From positions 14,756,001-14,820,000 of the forward strand of contig NC_086108.1 of the NCBI RefSeq assembly GCF_963921235.1: DNA of 64,000 nt, read 5' to 3'. Within the stretch, counting starts at the first letter, position 1; each line of letters starts with the position of its first letter. Position numbers and translations under genes: made by a program. Positions 59,892 through 64,000 of this stretch are shown here, one piece after another. This DNA is from Mobula hypostoma (taxonomy: Eukaryota). The notes under the pieces are model-generated. The model saw only the letters and a program-made list of their open reading frames with translations. It had not been told where the DNA came from and did no database searches.

Positions 59892-62477
59892 CCAAACATT
59901 GCTCTCAGCACTCAGTGGGAAGTAGTTTGCTGCTTCTGCTACAGGCTGAACCTGATAAATATTCTCACTAAGGTGCTGACAACCATGGTTGACAAAATGC
60001 AGCGTATACACCTCCTGTGAATTGTGGAGGGAACTAAACACACAGATCCTCCAAACGAGACAAGCACTTGAATACTTATTGCCTTCCTGCCACTGCCGGT
60101 TATAACATCATTTTGGTGTGGATCTTCCACTGAACTGTGCTGAAGTTTACAGGGGGGGGGGCACCCTTCACAAGAAACGCCATGGTGGAGCAGCGCTTGA
60201 TGACTCCCTGCAGAATGACCTTTTTTGCAAGGGTGGGGGTTGGCAAATGCAATGGCCTGATTTGTACTAATTATATTTCACTATCAAATGTACACGGATG
60301 GGTTTGTTGCATAATGGAATGCATTGTTTGCCTAATGAAAAGTTTGCTAGGAAAGGTGACACTGGGCACAATAATCAGTAAGACTAATGCTAACAAAGCT
60401 AGCAACAATTATATGGGTGTTAGAGATATGGAATGATCCACTATCTTAACCTACAAAGGTTTGGTTTCTGCTTGTTATGAACTTTCTGGTTCCAAATCAG
60501 CTACAAACTACTGGGAGGGAGCAGCAAGATTTCCCCCTCACTCGACTGAAACAAGTCGCTCATCTCCAGAGCACCCCTCTGGCTAAAACTGACAGAAACA
60601 CTCACCCTAACCCAGGGACGGGCTGCCTTTCAAGCTGCTGTTCTGATCCACTACTGTGTCTGCAGCTTGAAGGGAGCAGCAATGTGGGGATTACCAAGAT
60701 CACCCACAATAGTCATGTCAAGTAGCTGGAGTCAGCTGGCCCCTGGCAACAGCCAGTGTTGAGAGAAACACAGGGGATGTTTTCAAGAAATTTGAGAATC
60801 AACAGGCTATGAAAAATAGCAACTGCCCGTTGCGTCCCTCCCCAAGACTCCAGTCCTGGTAGAACATGAAACTGGAGCATGAGCTGAGGAAGTGAGTATC
60901 AATTAGACAGCCTATCAGACCGGACCCTCTCTGCATGGATGTCCGTTCCCCATGGAGGAACCCTCATGTTGAAAACTGTCTCCGGTACCCAAGAAGAATC
61001 CCCATAGTGTACAATCTCCTATATCCATAGAGACTCCCATGTTAAACCCATCCTTACTGTTACCTGTGGAGAGACCCTCCAGAAATCATCTTCTCTTTCT
61101 GCAAATGACTCCCAACCTGCTGAGCAGAATTTTATTTCAGGTTTCCAGTATCAGTTGTGTGGATTCTGGGATGAATGGTTTCCCAATGACCATGCGTCAA
61201 GCAGCTTTAGAGCTTTGAGAAATGAGAAAAAAAACCTCGCTGAAACTGGTAAATTACTTCCGTAGGCTGGAGGGTGTTGGCCAGGAAGCAAGTGTCTGAG
61301 TAAGAGCTAGGCTGATATGCAGAGAAACCCCTTCACTTGGAGCTTGGTGAGTCTTTGAATTCTGCCCCAGAGGGTTATGGAGGCTCAGTCACTGAGATCA
61401 AACAGGAATTGGTAAATATCTGCATATTAGAAACATAGAAACATAGAAAATAGGTGCAGGAGTAGGCCATTCGGCCCTTCGAGCCTGCACCGCCATTTAT
61501 TATGATCATATTATGGGATAAGAGAAGAAAAATTAGCAATCAGTTGTGATTTTGATGAATGGGGCAGCAGGCTCAATGCCCCCCCCTCCTATTTATGGTT
61601 CCTTTAACACAATGCATGTGAATCGCCAGCCAATGAGTAAACTCACACTGTCAATGACTAGGGTTTCAGAGACGAATGAAAATGGTGGCAGATACAAGAG
61701 ACTGCAGACGCTGGAACCCGGAGCAACACACAAAAGGTGTGGAGGAACTCAGCAGGTCAGGCAGCATATCCATAGAGGGAAATGGGCAACCTACGTTTCA
61801 GATTGAGACCCCTCACCTAGACTGGAAGGTGGGCAGTACAAAAGGGTGGCAGGAAAGGTTGGGGCAAGAGCTAGCTGCTGATAGGTAGATCTATGAAGAG
61901 GGTGAAAGGCAAGTGGAGGAGAAAGTGAGAGTCCTAGAGAAGTACAGCACAGAAACAGTCCCTTCGGCCCATCTAGTCTGTGCAGAACCATTTAAACTGT
62001 CTTATCCCAATGACCTGCACCAGCACCAAAGCCCTCCATACCCGTACTACCCAAACTTGTCTTAAACGATGAAATTGAGCTTGCATGGACATGTTCAAAA
62101 CCCTCTGAGTGACGATATTTCCCCTCGGGTTCCCCTTAAACTTTTCACCTTTCACCCTTATCCCATGACCTCTGGTTGTAATCCAATCCAAACTCAGTGA
62201 AGAATATGAATGATGTCAGAAGCTGGGAGGTGAGAGATGGAAGTGAAAAAGGATAAAGATGATAGAATCTGATACGAAAGGAAGATGGAGCGTTGACTAA
62301 TGAAGGAAGTGGGCAGGGGAACCAGTGGGAGAAATCTATCATATTCCACCTTCTTCAGTCCTTTTTCACTTCCACCAATTGCATGCCAGATTCTAACATT
62401 ATTTCTACCCTCTTCACCCCTATCACCACTCTTCACATGGACCCACCTATCACCTGCCACCTCCTGCCCCACCCCTT

Positions 62478-63268
62478 TTGGTGGCAAAAATAGGAAAACA
62501 GATTATTATCTGAATGGTGGCCGATTAGGAAAAGGGGAGGTGCAACGAGACCTGGGTGTCATTATACACCAGTCATTGAAAGTGGGCATGCAGGTACAGC
62601 AGGCGGTGAAAAAGGCGAATGGTATGCTGGCATTTATAGCGAGAGGATTCGAGTACAGGAGCAGGGAGGTACTACTGCAGTTGTACAAGGCCTTGGTGAG
62701 ACCACACCTGGAGTATTGTGTGCAGTTTTGGTCCCCTAATCTGAGGAAAGACATCCTTGCCATAGAGGGAGTACAAAGAAGGTTCACCAGATTGATTCCT
62801 GGGATGGCAGGACCTTCATATGAAGAAAGACTGGATGAACTGGGCTTGTACTCGTTGGAATTTAGAAGATTGAGGGGGGATCTGATTGAAACGTATAAAA
62901 TCCTAAAGGGATTGGGCAGGCTAGATGCAGGAAGATTGTTCCCGATGTTGGGGAAGTCCAGAACGAGGGGTCACAGTTTGAGGATAAAGGGGAAGCCTTT
63001 TAGGACAGATTCGGAAAAACTTCTTCACACAGAGAGTGGTGAATCTGTGGAATTCTCTGCCACAGGAAACAGTTGAGGCCAGTTCATTGGCTATATTTAA
63101 GAGGGAGTTAGATATGGCCCATGTGGCTACGGGGATCAGGGGGTATGGAGGGAAGGCTGGTGCAGGGTTCTGAGTTGGATGATCAGCCATGATCATAATA
63201 AATGGCGGTGCAGGCTCGAAGGGCTGAATGGCCTACTCCTGCACCTATTTTCTATGTTTCTATGTTTC
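62478..63268 (+). mobile_element. Young 5'-truncated CR1 LINE
   Basis: Near-intact ORF2 C-terminus, (TTCTATGT)n tail, near-identical to 6731-7432. Confidence 0.92.
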
Positions 63269-64000
63269 TCCTCACCTTCATCTTCCAGTCCTGATGAACT
63301 TATGTCAACTGACCTTTTCCCTCCATGGATGCTGCCTGACCCACTGAGTTCCTCCTGTGTGCTGGATTGCGTTGATAATTGATAGTATGCATGCACCCAC
63401 TACACGCTGTTGATAAGCCTTGTCCTTGTGAGTCACATTACTTTAACTTTTGTTCTCCTGTTTATAAAAAGAAACAACAGGCTGAGGCAGTGCCAAGGGA
63501 TCTGGTCTGAAGGAGAATCACTGACCTTGAAACTGTTCCCCTGGCAGCTCATCTGCACCAGAGTCTGGTGACAAGAGCTTCTTCCTGACGTATTCCATGG
63601 TGACTCAGAAAAGTAAAGATATGAATTGGGTCTACAGGAAATCAGGACCATTATGATCTAGCTCTGCTGGAGGAGAGTGCGTGGAGATAAAGACGAAGGG
63701 ATTAGAACTGAGTGCCCACGGCAAGATAAAGTGAGTCACAGTATTGCAGGAGTTGATTCTGCAGGCCAAATTGCCTTTGTATTGTGTTGCTCCAGATTGC
63801 AACACTTTTTTCTATGTCTCCATGGTTACATCCACTGTCAAATTATGAGACCAGTACTTCCACAGATGCGTTTCCACCAGTGACATGCATTACAACTGAA
63901 GCACAGCTGAAGTCCTTACTGGCCATGCCTTGGCCAAGCGACAGGGCAAAGCCGGGGTAGCTTGTTGGCACATCCTGGATCTCGGGACCGGATATCTGGC

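Overview
Vertebrate genomic DNA, by inference from an elasmobranch (shark or ray), judged from the CR1/Rex1/Penelope/V-SINE repeat landscape and a dogfish-type mitochondrial presequence exon in glutamine synthetase. Two host genes lie on the + strand. The first is the last five coding exons and 3'UTR of a Cav2.3/CACNA1E-type calcium channel alpha-1 gene (3415-~26870). The second is a complete glutamine synthetase gene (GLUL, ~47.9-59.9 kb, 373-aa core) with an optional upstream exon adding a 29-aa mitochondrial targeting peptide. Most of the rest is nested, decayed retroelements, and most ORF-track ORFs are LINE fragments or noise. Highlights: (1) the GLUL presequence exon, which also carries a strong out-of-frame AUG that could stop leaky scanning to the cytosolic start; (2) a young ~135-nt TSD-flanked Penelope-derived element carrying a minimal hammerhead ribozyme core; (3) an intronless RBM25 retrocopy apparently fused to a CR1 LINE; (4) hairpin-bearing tandem arrays in a CACNA1E intron and its 3'UTR; (5) a twin hairpin with a Smaug-type CUGG loop in the GLUL 3'UTR. 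All homology calls are from recognition of the sequence, not from database searches. Repeat boundaries are approximate unless a TSD is given.
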